Assembly (NCBI GenBank): GCA_030295235.1
Contig: AP026162.1
Location: forward strand, 2,480,001 to 2,544,000
DNA from: Fistulifera solaris
Lineage: Eukaryota
Reading direction: 5' to 3'
DNA length: 64,000 nucleotides
The notes under the pieces are model-generated. The model worked only from the letters and a program-made list of their open reading frames with translations. It made no database searches and had not been told where the DNA came from. The first letter of the stretch is position 1; every line of letters begins with the position of its first letter. Below are positions 48,102 through 62,315 of this stretch, piece by piece. Both the position numbers and the translations under genes were made by a program.

Positions 48102-48106
48102 AAGCG

Positions 48107-48610
48107 TGTTGAAATTTCTACCGCTAGGTCTGTAACTGCTCTCGTCTATCGGGGGACTCCACACACCCCAGACGACAGACTATTGAAACAACGAACTTTT
48201 GCTCCAAACACTCGTTTACAGAATTATGACGATTTCCTACAATTACTTTTGCTTTCCTCTTTTTCACTGGTCTTCGATCTGATCTTCATCTAATCATGAT
48301 CTGATCTTGCCGAGCCCATTTCTCCAATAACAACTTTAGGATAAAATAGCCCTTCCTGCCTATCAACCAGATTCTCCATTTCGTATTCCTTAGCAATAGT
48401 CATCGCCCATAATTGCACAATAGATTCTTCCGTGATCCCGAATCCCAAATCATATAGTTCGAAACACTTTCAAGACCCCTTTCACGAACAAAATCCTTTC
48501 CCAATAAACTAGACGGTCATTTCGAACCATTCAGACATCCGATGACGTGTCAACTCATGACTGAATAAATCTTTCAGTCCGACACTCAACCTCGACCTCG
48601 ATCTTTGACA
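48107..48610 (-). repeat. 5' LTR of copia element
   Basis: Direct repeat of 43315-43816 with only a few differences, all in the first ~160 bp. Confidence 0.95.
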
Positions 48611-49005
48611 AAGGTATTTCAGATTTTTGCGTGACCTGTGACTGGCGTATTTCGTTACTCGTGATGAGTCCTGAGTCCTGAGTTTTTTGCTCTACAGTAT
48701 CCTTTTGTGACCGTTGACCATAAATCCTTTCACAGAAAGGCATAGTCGATTATCGCCCTTATTGTACTCGTAACAAGACCTTACCTGGTACAAGTTTTCA
48801 CCTGCTTTCCTTCAAGTTCGACCTGTGGAGATTGGAGAGAATGACGGAAGACTTTGTTCCGTGACGAAGCCGTAGTCCTGCTTTTGCCAAAAGCGAAAAG
48901 CGATCACGTTTTTTTTCTTATCCCATGCACCCGCCTTGAAAAAAAAAAAGAATCATCGCCACCATTACATGCAAACATCGTAACGCCAAATTGTTCAAAC
49001 AAACA

Positions 49006-49902
49006 ATGAGTCTCGCGTCAGAAAAAGAGAGTTGCAGCACGGATAGCACGTTCGAAAGCAGTGGGTCCGAAGGCGATCATCACCCGAAAATCGTTCGTGC
49101 TCCCACAAAGAAACTTGTCAGAGTTAAAGCCAGCACCACCTCACTCAGCGCTGAACAAGTCCAGAAGGCGCTGCGCAAAAGGCCAGAGGATGGACATGCT
49201 TCTTCCAGCAGTTTGGGTACTTCTTTGCGGAAAATGCATTCCTCTTCACAATCCACATTACAGGACTCTCGTTCCGTGTTTAGCAGAAGATCTACAAAAT
49301 CCTCGAGTACGGGTCGTCCCCGACAACACATGAGTGGAACGCAAGAAAGTCGTCGGCGGGCTGTGGATCGTTGTCGTAGCAAAAGTCCAGGGAACCTTCG
49401 TCGCAGTCGGTCTGTTTCTAGACACCGAAGAAAGCAACAACCTGAAGACGATGAGAAAAGTTACGAATCATCCGCCCGTAATCTTAGGCGTGATGATTCT
49501 TCATGTCCCGAACGGCAAATATCACGGAAGGAAGATGACAAGGCGAGTACGACTATTGCTTCACAGCGGCGCAGTTCCAATTGCAATTCTGCGTCCATAT
49601 CTTCTCAACGAGGAATTTTACGGTCAAAGAGCCAAGACCTTTCACCAGCACCAAAGCGAGGTATTTTGCGAGCCAACAGTACAGTCATTGATCTAAGAAA
49701 GGTGCCAGGAAGGCAATCGAATGGAAATAATACTGTTCAAACACGTCTTAGGACCACTGCTGCGAGCGACGAACCGAGGCCTTTCGTCACCAATACTGCA
49801 AGGAAAGACACTGTCACAGAAATGGTTTTAAAAACAGGGATCATTACCCAAAATCAGCTGGACGAGCTGATTGCGGCCGGATTTCTTTTCATTAAGGTAT
49901 AG
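49006..49902 (+). CDS. Ser/Arg-rich low-complexity hypothetical protein, local family member 3
   Basis: ORF ending MVLKTGIITQNQLDELIAAGFLFIKV. Confidence 0.72.
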   Translation: MSLASEKESCSTDSTFESSGSEGDHHPKIVRAPTKKLVRVKASTTSLSAEQVQKALRKRPEDGHASSSSLGTSLRKMHSSSQSTLQDSRSVFSRRSTKSSSTGRPRQHMSGTQESRRRAVDRCRSKSPGNLRRSRSVSRHRRKQQPEDDEKSYESSARNLRRDDSSCPERQISRKEDDKASTTIASQRRSSNCNSASISSQRGILRSKSQDLSPAPKRGILRANSTVIDLRKVPGRQSNGNNTVQTRLRTTAASDEPRPFVTNTARKDTVTEMVLKTGIITQNQLDELIAAGFLFIKV

Positions 49903-50534
49903 ATCATGTTAGTGATTAAAACGAGTGACAGCAAGTGAGACGCGGAGGAGATCAGTTTTGTTTGATGAATGTTAAGTAACTAGATGAGAAAAAGGTCGCA
50001 CACTCGTCTACTTAGCACTTCAATCTTCGAACCGATTCTTTCTTTTTTCACATGCGTTGCTGCGTCGTGATAGATCATACTTGCGTAGATCATAGATCAT
50101 CAATCATCATCATCTCACCAAGAAACAAGGTCTCAGGTCTCGGGTCATGCGTGCTTATTGCGTGCGTCTTGTGTCTTGTAGTCTATCTTGTAGTCTGGAA
50201 TTTGGTCTTCGTTCCACAACGATCATTTACAAGCAGACGATTTCACACGGAACTACAAAGTACTTGGTCATTACATCAACTTGAACTTCTTAGTTCTTCA
50301 CGTTCGCAGTTCGCACGAGTTTTACTTTTGGCGTTTGGCGTTTGGCGTTGCATGTTGTGTGACCAGCTGCGAGATGAGAGATGACGCAAAACGCAAATTA
50401 TTGATCTCGTTTCTCATCCCCCCGCCAACCTATTTCCTTACAATAATATGTTTATTAATAAAAAACAACACTAGATACCCGCCAAATTGTTTATTGCCGT
50501 TCACTTATGAGTTTCTAAGAAAGACCGAAAATCT

Positions 50535-51302
50535 ATGATACGCGCAAACGATAAATCCGATATTCGTGCTCGTCGTTCGAAAAACTTAAGCACCTTGTCA
50601 AGTAAATCTACGGTCGCTGACACCAACAGTAGCATCAATTTAAACGAAGATAGAACGAGAAATACAAAGGATAGGCGAGATCATCTTCCGTCGAATAGCG
50701 CAAGACGGCCACATCAGGCGACGAGATTATTGCAGGAGAGCAATATTTCGAAGAACGACGAAGGGATGTTTGAGTTACGACAAATTGAGAAGCAAGAGAT
50801 TGTATCAACGAAGAATGGATATTGTAAAGAAACACGCAATATTATCAGACGTAAAAATTCTCGTCGGTCCTGTTCCCAAAACGAAAGCGTGAAAGATAGC
50901 TTCGACATTCAGAAAATCAGCTGGAGCCCCAACATAACCTCAACGAGGAAATGCCCTGAGTCGACACCCAAAAGTGATATGAAGCAGAGGCTTGCTCTCA
51001 GTGGTAAAGTGTCTCAACAGAAGTGTTCATGCCTCCACGGATTTGCTTGTCTTGCGGGCAACCATGACGGCACTGGGATGAAGCTTACGCAAAACAAGGA
51101 TTGCGATTCCGGAGACAACGATGCAAATCCAAATAAGGAGATCTCTACTCCTCGAAGACGTATTTCGTCAATCCTTCTAGCTTCGCTTCGACAGGATTAC
51201 TCGGATGATTCCAAAAGTAGTGCGCTGACTGGAGTTGCTCGCTTCGTTAATGTGCGCAGTGAAGAACTTTTCTTTCCGGATACTTCCATTCTTTTTTCAT
51301 AA
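50535..51302 (+). CDS. Hypothetical low-complexity protein
   Basis: 255-aa ATG-initiated ORF, no recognisable domain. Confidence 0.5.
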   Translation: MIRANDKSDIRARRSKNLSTLSSKSTVADTNSSINLNEDRTRNTKDRRDHLPSNSARRPHQATRLLQESNISKNDEGMFELRQIEKQEIVSTKNGYCKETRNIIRRKNSRRSCSQNESVKDSFDIQKISWSPNITSTRKCPESTPKSDMKQRLALSGKVSQQKCSCLHGFACLAGNHDGTGMKLTQNKDCDSGDNDANPNKEISTPRRRISSILLASLRQDYSDDSKSSALTGVARFVNVRSEELFFPDTSILFS

Positions 51303-51766
51303 AGCTTCTTTGGCGTTTACATTCTTGCGGAGTGAAATTATAATGGTGATCGTTTTAGCACTTGATTTCTTATACTGTGACCGTAGTTACGTCGTGATTC
51401 TTCGTGATTCGTCGTGATTCGTCGAAAGCCTGCGAACTGCGAAAGGCGAAAGCAGCCACAAATAACTACAGTAGTATTATTGCACAATGTGTGTCATGTC
51501 GCAACAGGAACTCTACCACAATGACTATTGTCCACATAGTAGAACAATGACCAAAACTACTGTCATGTGACCTCATGTGACTTTCACTAATTCAGTGGCG
51601 ACAAATGATGTACATTGGAGGCGAGAGAACAATTGCAAAAAGAGGCATTCCCTTCTCGCAAATCCATTGGGCAAAAGAGTTTCACCGCGAAAACGATAAT
51701 GCGATGATTGAGTTTTGAGTTTGTGATATTTTTCCTCATTATACACAAACGATTCGCCGATCGACA

Positions 51767-52297
51767 ATGATGAAAGGAATAATCGGAATTTATGCACTAA
51801 TATCTGTCAAATGTAAGTTCAAGAAACCCTTTGGTCGTGAAGCAAAACGCATTAGCCTTTTCTCACTTTTGTGCTGTATTATTTTGGAAATAGACGTCCA
51901 GGGATTCTCTGACGTTTTCCCCAGGAGCTTGCAGCTTTGTGGTGGTGGTAGGGGAAACGACGGCGGAACAACCACTCCTCGAGACTGCAGTAATCTAATA
52001 GGGCAAGGTCAATGCCAGAGTGCCGCGGATAAAACGTATGACTGGTGTAAAAACACAGTTGCCGATGCCCCAGAATGTCGAAAGGCAGCCGAAGGGAATG
52101 CGTTTGCCGTTGGATGGGAATATTACGCCGAATCAACGACGTGCTATATATTGTTTGACAACACGTTGAGTGAAAGTGATGTTTTACGATTTTGTCCCAG
52201 TGGATACACGACCACCAATAGTGTTTATACCGGAACCGGATTCCCTTCGAAGATTGGAACAGATAACCGATATGTTTGCTACAGTTGCCAGGATTGA
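51767..52297 (+). CDS. Small secreted Cys-rich protein; probable in-frame intron 51813-51893
   Basis: Signal-like N-terminus, GTAAGT...TAG 81-nt intron, nine Cys in the ~120-aa mature part. Confidence 0.65.
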   Translation: MMKGIIGIYALISVKCKFKKPFGREAKRISLFSLLCCIILEIDVQGFSDVFPRSLQLCGGGRGNDGGTTTPRDCSNLIGQGQCQSAADKTYDWCKNTVADAPECRKAAEGNAFAVGWEYYAESTTCYILFDNTLSESDVLRFCPSGYTTTNSVYTGTGFPSKIGTDNRYVCYSCQD

Positions 52298-52551
52298 AAT
52301 CTTGTCTTCTTCTAAAGCAATAATTTATGTTTAATATTACATTTCATACATTTTCATTATTAGCACCGAGCGTTGATGTGAGCGTCGACTCGAGAGACTC
52401 AAAACAAAATAACCGTTCGAAGAGACCACACGGTAGCCCTCCATTACTATGGCTAATGAAAACGGCTAGAAAATTCAATTAAGAACAGATGACAAGCGTT
52501 CCTACAGCACAAACTAAAGGCAATTTTGGGCCGTTGATTCGCTGTCGGATT

Positions 52552-53642
52552 TCACCAATTGAACCCATAATGATTTGAAAACGTCTGCAAAGACACGGGC
52601 AAGTGACCGATATCCCCCAAGAACCGACAGCTAACACTCCCTGTCGGTCGAATGGTCAAATACGTTAAGCTGCAGTTGAATGGGCAGAATCGCAACCATG
52701 TTTCGGGAGGCAACTGCAGGGCTCGACAAAGAAAATAGCGAATGACGTTGGCGTGGCAAACAATGATTTCAAATTCGTGCTGTGGAGCGTCTTCTTCGGG
52801 AAGTTCGGATTGTCGGTAAAAGTATTTGGTAAAGGCTTGTTCGATCCGTGGATGATTCTGATCGGTCACTTGAATGACTTTGTCCGTGGCCGGTCCTCCG
52901 GAAGGAATGTGATGACACGGGCGACCCTCGTTTAAATCGGGGTCAGGTTCCAAGTACGGGACGCGTTGTATGTATTTGGCAATAATATCGGCTGTTTCTT
53001 TTGCTCGAGTCATATTGGAGACTCGCAAGGAAGAAATATGACACGCCATCGAAGGATCTTGTGCTTGCAGCATATCGGCCAAACGCTGACCCGTTAATTC
53101 GGCTTGTTCCCTTCCGAGAGGTGTCAAGACACGCTTCTCGTCATCCTACAAAACGGCAAAGGCATAGTATCGGTACTCGTGTGAGTTTGCTGACTCTTCT
53201 TCCGCATCATAACAAAAAAAAAATAACCGAATGAAAGACTTACCCGGTACGATTCATCATACTGCCCATGTCGAACCAAAATAATGTGTCGCGTAACACC
53301 CCTGACACGTAAATTTCGCTTCTCTTCGGAAGACAAATCATCGTTGTGTTTGTGATCCCAGTCCGGATCCCACAAAGGATATTCCAATTTCGGTCGCCAC
53401 AATTGGCGTTTCGGAAACATTCCGTGATACCATTCTTCGTGTACTTTACTTTTATACGAAGAAGTCGTCGCCGGCGTTTCCTTGCCTTCTTGAAATCCTG
53501 CAATAGGAGGTATATCTTGGTCAGTCGCACCACAAAAGGTTGTTGTGCTGTGCTGATAGTATTGTTGTAGACCAAGCGCCGATGCTGCCGAAACGGCTAC
53601 AGTACGACGACCGTGTTGCACGAATCTCCAAGCATTGTGCAT
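52552..53642 (-). CDS. PGAM5: Mitochondrial Ser/Thr phosphatase PGAM5; intron 53146-53243
   Basis: WDPDWD motif, RHIILVRHGQY, LTPLGREQA, SNMTRAKETA, EIIVCHANVIRYFLCRALQLPPE. Confidence 0.92.
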
Positions 53643-54015
53643 TGTAAACAGGTAGATGTGTTACTCAAGATAACAAAAATGAGCCTTTCGCGAAAAGATA
53701 ACAAATAGGTTGCACTACTTCGATTGCTTGATTGAACGAAAGGTCAAAATAATGCGTCGCGATCGAGCCGCAGCAATGAAAAAACAAAAACGGATCCATT
53801 TTTCCGGTCTTTAAAGTGAGTCACGCATTCACCGCACCGTCAAAGAGCCTCGGTCTGTCCGCCCGCCCCGCGTGCGTCTGTACCTCGCTCGATACTCGCA
53901 CAACACTCACAAAAAAAAGACGGTGCGGCACAAAAATCCATCGTTCGGTTTGCTTCACAATCGATCCTTCATTGTACTCCTCGACTTCCTTACTGAATTT
54001 CAATTAACATCAGCA

Positions 54016-55521
54016 ATGACAGACACGGCACCAGAAGAAACGAAAACGGAAGAAACGATTACGCCTCCGCCGGCAGAAAATGATGAGCCAGCGGCGCCCC
54101 CAAAGGCGCCGAAAGTCCGATCTCACGCGGAGAATGCCGACAGCGAAGAATTGACCAAACGATTGCAAAAATTAGCCCTTGAGCGACAAAAGGAAAGTAA
54201 AGGCGATCGCTTGAAAGTCATTCAGGGAGATAATACTTCCTTGACGCATTTGACGAGTGCCAAGACCTTTGAGGATTTGAATTTGCCGAAACATTTGCTG
54301 GATGCGGTATACGCCATGGGATTCGATCGGCCTTCGGCCATTCAAGAGGAAGCTCTGCCGCGCATTTTAGCGGATCCGCCGCGGAATTTGATCGGTCAAG
54401 CGCAGAGTGGGAGTGGTAAGACGGCGGCTTTCACGTTGGGAATGTTGTACCGCATTGAAATCAATGATCCGCCCGTCACACAGGCACTCTGTGTCACGCC
54501 GACCCGAGAACTGGCGATCCAGATTGTCGACAAGGCCGTGGCACCCATGGCGGCGAATATGGCAGGCTTGCAAATTGTGTTGGGTATTGCGGGGGCCGAA
54601 CATCGATCGAAAATTCAGGCGCATCTTATTGTGGGTACACCGGGAAAACTAGTAGACTGGCTTAAACGCAAGCAATTGGTCACGTCGGGCATCAAAGTCT
54701 TTGTATTAGATGAGGCCGATAATATGGTGGATCTAAGTGGACATCGTGCAAATGTACAAACCATCAAGAAGCAAATGCCCCGTACTTGTCAAACACTCTT
54801 ATTCAGTGCGACGTTCCCTGAAGAAGTTGTCAAGTTTGCGACGAAAATGGTGGAGAATCCGGATCAAATTCTGATTCAAGACGGTCCTGAGTTTCTGGTA
54901 TGTCTAATTTTGGAATGTTTTTTTCATTGAAACTTTCTTCATCGCATTACTAACCTTTTCTCCTCAATACAGATGCTCGATATCATCAAACAACTGTGGA
55001 TTGATACACGTGGATATCCGGGCGGAAAAATTGAATTTCTTGCGGATATTTATAGTTTGCTCACCATTGGACAGTCCATTGTGTTTGTGGCTACCAAAAA
55101 AGAAGCCGATCAGGTACACATGACGCTCAGTAACGCAGGATATACGTGCAGTGTGTTACACGGAAGTGTTGAAGCGGCACAACGTGATGCAACGATGGAA
55201 GCCTTTCGCGCGGGAGATTCAACCGTTTTGATCACCACCAATGTGTTGGCGCGCGGTGTTGATGTGGACAATGTCTGTCTCGTCGTGAATTACGATGTTC
55301 CCGTGGATAAAGATGGGCAGCCAGACTTTGAAACGTATTTACACCGTATTGGACGAACAGGACGATTCGGACGCAAAGGAACGGCGCTCAATTTGATTGC
55401 CGATCAACGAGACCTTCAAGTTCTGGCGGCAATCGAACAACATTATAGTAAGGATGGGCAAGAAATGATCCAACAAGCAGAAGCAGATCCCGAAAAATTA
55501 GCGGAAGTGATAGAAATCTGA
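54016..55521 (+). CDS. DDX19: DEAD-box RNA helicase DDX19/Dbp5; intron 54898-54972
   Basis: MGFDRPSAIQE, NLIGQAQSGSGKT, DEAD, SAT, TTNVLARGVD, ETYLHRIGRTGRFG. Confidence 0.93.
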
Positions 55522-55783
55522 GGTATAGTCATGGTATTATCAAATAAAGACCTAATTTTCACTTTTCACACCGCTAGAATGGCTACTCAAAAATATGTTG
55601 AGGAATGTTAGAGTTTTTTGTGCGATCTGTATTTTGCCTACGTAAGCTGTAATCGCTCACGATAAACATGTTGGTGAATGCCCAGTATGGTTACGAAAGC
55701 TATCGTTGAAATCCAGTGATCGGCGCAAAAGTGAACTAGGGATGAGTTATAAAAAGAATTTTTAAAAAGATATCAGCGACTCT

Positions 55784-56860
<1,077 letters not shown>

Positions 56861-57326
56861 TTACAAGCGGTTGTAATGAAAGAAATGATGATAAGGTAAA
56901 GCTTCGACTGGAAATAAATCCATGGTGTATCACACACAGCGACAAAAGTCAAAATCTTTTTCCGGGCGATTCCATAAGCTTCATCCAGGAGAAACGACAG
57001 ACGACAGACAAGAGAGGAGTGAGAAGTACGAAAATATTGTCGCTCCGAGACTAAAATTACATAGGCGAAGGCAAAAAGCTAAAAGCCAACAATCAGCAAT
57101 CGTAAGTTATCCTCCCTGAACCGACCAGTTACACTAGACGCAAATCATCATCGTTGTCGCTTTCTCTGACGCTTCTTATGAGATGGTAAGTGCAAACAGT
57201 TGTTTACGTTCCAACCGAAGAACAATCATCTGATTCTATCGTGCTCACACGACAGCAACCGACAAAGTAGACGCAAAGAATACAGTCGCAAAAAATAATA
57301 TATTTTTTCGTTAATCCCCTTTTTCT

Positions 57327-58536
<1,210 letters not shown>

Positions 58537-59103
58537 TTATGAGAAAGGGATGAGAATAGGTTGGCACAGCAAATTAAAGAAAACCTCAACAACGACACGA
58601 GCATCACAATTTTCCACAAATCGCTCTCGGTTGCAGCCGATTCTATCTAAGTGCGTGTCGGAACTTCAAGAATGGATGTCAAAGTCAAAGGACCTTAGTT
58701 TATTTTGTTGGCCAGAAAGATTCCCTATTCCTATAATGTCGAGTGCCGGGAAATAGACACTATAAGTTATTAGGTACTGTCATTCCGAAGCCGGATGGAC
58801 GTTATTTTCTAAAAACGTTCTGAGCTAAGGTAAACATAGTCTAATTATTTCCCCTCCATGAAGCTCAGAAGGCTTTGTATGTACTTTTCACCCCTAAAAA
58901 TATCATAAGGATGGAGGCAGTAAAGCAGGGCAGCAAGGGCCAGCTTGAAACATCAAAATGAACTAAACTATGGCGCCCTTACGGTGTGGATTAGCTTAAA
59001 ACCTCTTGGCTTTGATGACTGCTACAGACAAGCCTTTTAACATTCCGATTGACAGCGTACGGAGTAAATTAAAGTTTCAAGTACCAAAGTGGAAAAATAG
59101 TTT

Positions 59104-59771
59104 ATCTTAGTTTTTCTTGACAAGGTGCTTTCGAACGGCCTTTGCTTGGGAAATCGGGCATACGTTTCCTCTCGGCTCGGCACTGTACCAGGAGCTTTGT
59201 GACGAATTCCTAGGCTAGCAATCAACGCTTTGTATCGGTCAACATCCTCAGTGGACAAATAATTCAATAAGCGGCGGCGTTTGTTGACAAGGGCAACCAA
59301 TCCACGACGAGTCGAGAAATCTTTCGGGTGCATTTGCAGGTGGTTGGTCAAGTAAGAAATACGTTCGGTCATTCCAGCAACTTGGTATTCTGGACTTCCA
59401 GTATCTTTGTCGTGCAGGCGGTGTTTCTCGCGAAGGGCTTGTACCTTCTCTGCAGAAACAGCCCACACCGGTGGTTCTGTGTTGATCAATTCCACGTCGC
59501 CGTCCTCCATACCTTCCAACTCAATGTAATCATCCTTTTCTTGTTCTTCGTCCTGGTCGTCGAATTCGGCAGCAAGAGGCTGGAATCTTTGTGTTTCTTG
59601 AATTACACTGGAGATCTGTAAAACGAAAGGTCAGAAAAGTCCTTTCAAGAAGAAGGCGTAGGCCACCTCAGAACGATCAACCCATTTGCCTACCTTGGAA
59701 GAAGGAAGAGACGGTGTAAAGGCGCTGACAGCCCCAATACTGGCTAGCAACACTAGTGATGAGAACTTCAT
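59104..59771 (-). CDS. rps15: Nuclear-encoded plastid 30S ribosomal protein S15 (intron ~59617-59693; frameshifts)
   Basis: MKFSSLVLLASIGAVSAF presequence; HDKDTGSPEYQVAGMTERISYLTNHLQMHPKDFSTRRGLVALVNKRRRLLNYL. Confidence 0.88.
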
Positions 59772-60083
59772 GTTGAATAGTTGTTGCAGTTTTTGAAAGA
59801 TTTGATGAAGTGCTGTGTTGTTCGATGATGGATTGATGGCTGCTGACTGCGACCGGCAAACGCTTCGCTTGGAAACGATTTTCCCTTGTCCTTTTGCTCA
59901 CCTGTTTCTGTACTGAACACCGTATAGTTTTATTCTGCTAATGTGTGGCTCTCGGACGTTGAGGACTGACGTATGAATGTCTGAAGAACGATTGAGCGAC
60001 GCCATATACACGAATGAACTTAGACGTGACTAAAGATGAGCGTTTCGCAAATAATAAGGTTAGGAGTAGGTGTTGTCTGGGAA

Positions 60084-60225
<142 letters not shown>

Positions 60226-60242
60226 AATAGCGCGCTGTGTCC

Positions 60243-60266
60243 GTGTGTGTGTGTGTGTGTGTGTGT
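60243..60266 (+). repeat. (GT)n microsatellite
   Basis: ~12 GT units. Confidence 0.95.
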
Positions 60267-61274
60267 CACGTAACGTAACGCTGGTCCCGGGTGTCTGAAT
60301 CACGGGTGTGACGCTATCCCCGGGGATCGAGCGAGCCCCCCGCTTGCGGGAAGGGCGAGAACGAAAAAAGCCCTGCAGGGGCTAGACGCCGAAGGCGGCT
60401 AGTAATAAATAATAAGGTCACTGTGCGGAGTAGTCTAGACTAGAAAATAAAATCAAAAAATTCATAATTTTGTCATTAATCTTACAGGTAAAACCATCTA
60501 GGTGTCAAACCTCCCCGTCGATGTGAACTGACAGAAGGCATTCTCAATATATTTCTCGCAAAACTCGCAAAAAGAGAGACACGCGACACACAGAAACGCA
60601 ACGTGCAACCTAGAAAATACGCTGCGATTGCAATACAGGCACTGAGTCTCTTTACTACTCCGTATTTTTAATTCTGTGGTCTTTTGTACCTTGTACCTTT
60701 GTATGCAAAAGTAATATAATCATAATTTCCTTTTTTAGTCCTTAGTCCCTCTAGCCTTAGTCACTATTTAGAATTTAGATGCGTAGCAGTAGCACGCCAT
60801 TTACAGTACAGAATTTAGATTCCTTCATGCGTAAGGCTAGCACGCAGGCAATGCGCGCTGTATGACAATGAGTAACTACATTTTCGAATTTTTGGCATTT
60901 TTGCTTTTAAAATCTTTATACAGTAAGGTTACACAGTACCCACGTCATCGAGTTCTTATTTTGGTATAGAGATGTCTCTCGTAGAAATCTACGAGGCATG
61001 CTTACGGCAAAAGACCCTTCTTGGTTTTTGGCTTCATGTTCGTTCGTGCCAAGGGTCTTTTTGTTCTCTCGTAGCCTTGTGTACTGGATTCTACGGTAGC
61101 ATGCAAGCGCTTCGTCGGCGAAGCTCTACGACAAGCCGTGCGACAAAAGCTTTTGCAACGGGGTGTCTCAACGCCATACCGCATTATCAATAAAGACAAT
61201 CCGCAACGACATCTGATTGCACCCCTTGCCCGATTATTTTATTTTGTTGATTCGATTTCTTTCTCCAGCAAATC

Positions 61275-62315
61275 ATGAGCACCAAAGACGACGAAATCGA
61301 AGCCAAAGTTGTGACCACCACCGACGACAAATCGCAGGACAAAGATGTGGATAAAGACGAAGATGTGCCGCAGACCTTCCCTCAGCGTGTAAGTACGAGT
61401 GTATGATCATTCGTTCTTTTCTGTGAACCAATGCTTCAAAATGTGAGCTCACATTACGCACTTCTGATGCTACCTACGCCTTGTCTCTGGGAATGACCGC
61501 AGCTGATGGAAATTCTGGACGATGAAAACAACGCCGACATCATCACTTGGTTGCCTCATGGTAAAGGATTCATTATTGTGGATAAAAAGCGCTTTGCGGA
61601 AGAAACCCTTCCAACGGCCTTTAAGAAAGCGAAAGCGAAATTTACGAGTTTTACTCGCAAGCTCAATAGATGGTACGGCAGAAGCGTTGTGTTCATTGTT
61701 CATCGCATAGTTGCTTTCCTATACTTACGATGTTTACTCGTTTTCACAACAGGAATTTTGTTCGCGTGACTAGGGGTCCTGAAACTGGAGGTACGGATAA
61801 GCTCGTGTCTGTTATCGTTATCTTCGCTGAAGTCTCAGTTTAACTCACAACTTATTGCCCCTTTAGCTTACTACCATCCCATGTTTCTGAAAGGAAATAT
61901 GAAGCTGTGTACGCAAATGACATGTATCAGTGCCAAAGCACCGCAGCAGTTGCAACCCATGGACCCCGTCGCCTTGGGTTTGGGTTCTCCGGGGCAATTC
62001 TACCCCACGGAGCAGCAGCGTATGCAACAGCAGCAGTACTACGCTTGGTATCAGCAACAGCAGCAGGCGTTCATGCAGTACATGATGACCCAACAAAAGG
62101 GTGGCGAAGACGGCGAAGGCAAGAAGGACGATGCCCAAGCGATCATGATGAACCCCTACGCTTTCCAGCAGCAGTTTTATGCTTGGCAGCAGATGCAAAT
62201 GGCGAGTCCTAACGGGATGACCTCGGAAAAAGGTGAAGAAAAGGAAGGGGAAAAGATTGAGGGGAATGACGAAGACCTAATTGAGTCCAAAGATGTGGAT
62301 AAGGAAGAAATCTAA
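61275..62315 (+). CDS. Heat shock factor (HSF)-type transcription factor; introns ~61389-61502, 61673-61752, 61791-61866
   Basis: TFPQR|LMEILDD...IITWLPHGKGFIIVDKKRFAEETLP...KFTSFTRKLNRW|NFVRVTRGPETG|AYYHPMFLKG; Q-rich C-terminus. Confidence 0.9.

Larger units (their letters stand above)
43315..48610 (-). mobile_element. Full-length Ty1/copia LTR retrotransposon
   Basis: Two ~503-bp direct LTRs with TG...CA ends; flanking AAGGTA duplication; internal minus-strand order Gag-PR-IN-RT-RNaseH; PPT AGGGAGGA next to the 3' LTR. Confidence 0.96.

Noticed and set aside
1488..55521. Apparent clustering of RNA-processing genes (NOC1, SmD3, RPB5, LSM6, RBM22, DDX19)
   Set aside because: Interspersed with unrelated genes on both strands; such genes are numerous and no shared regulatory element was seen
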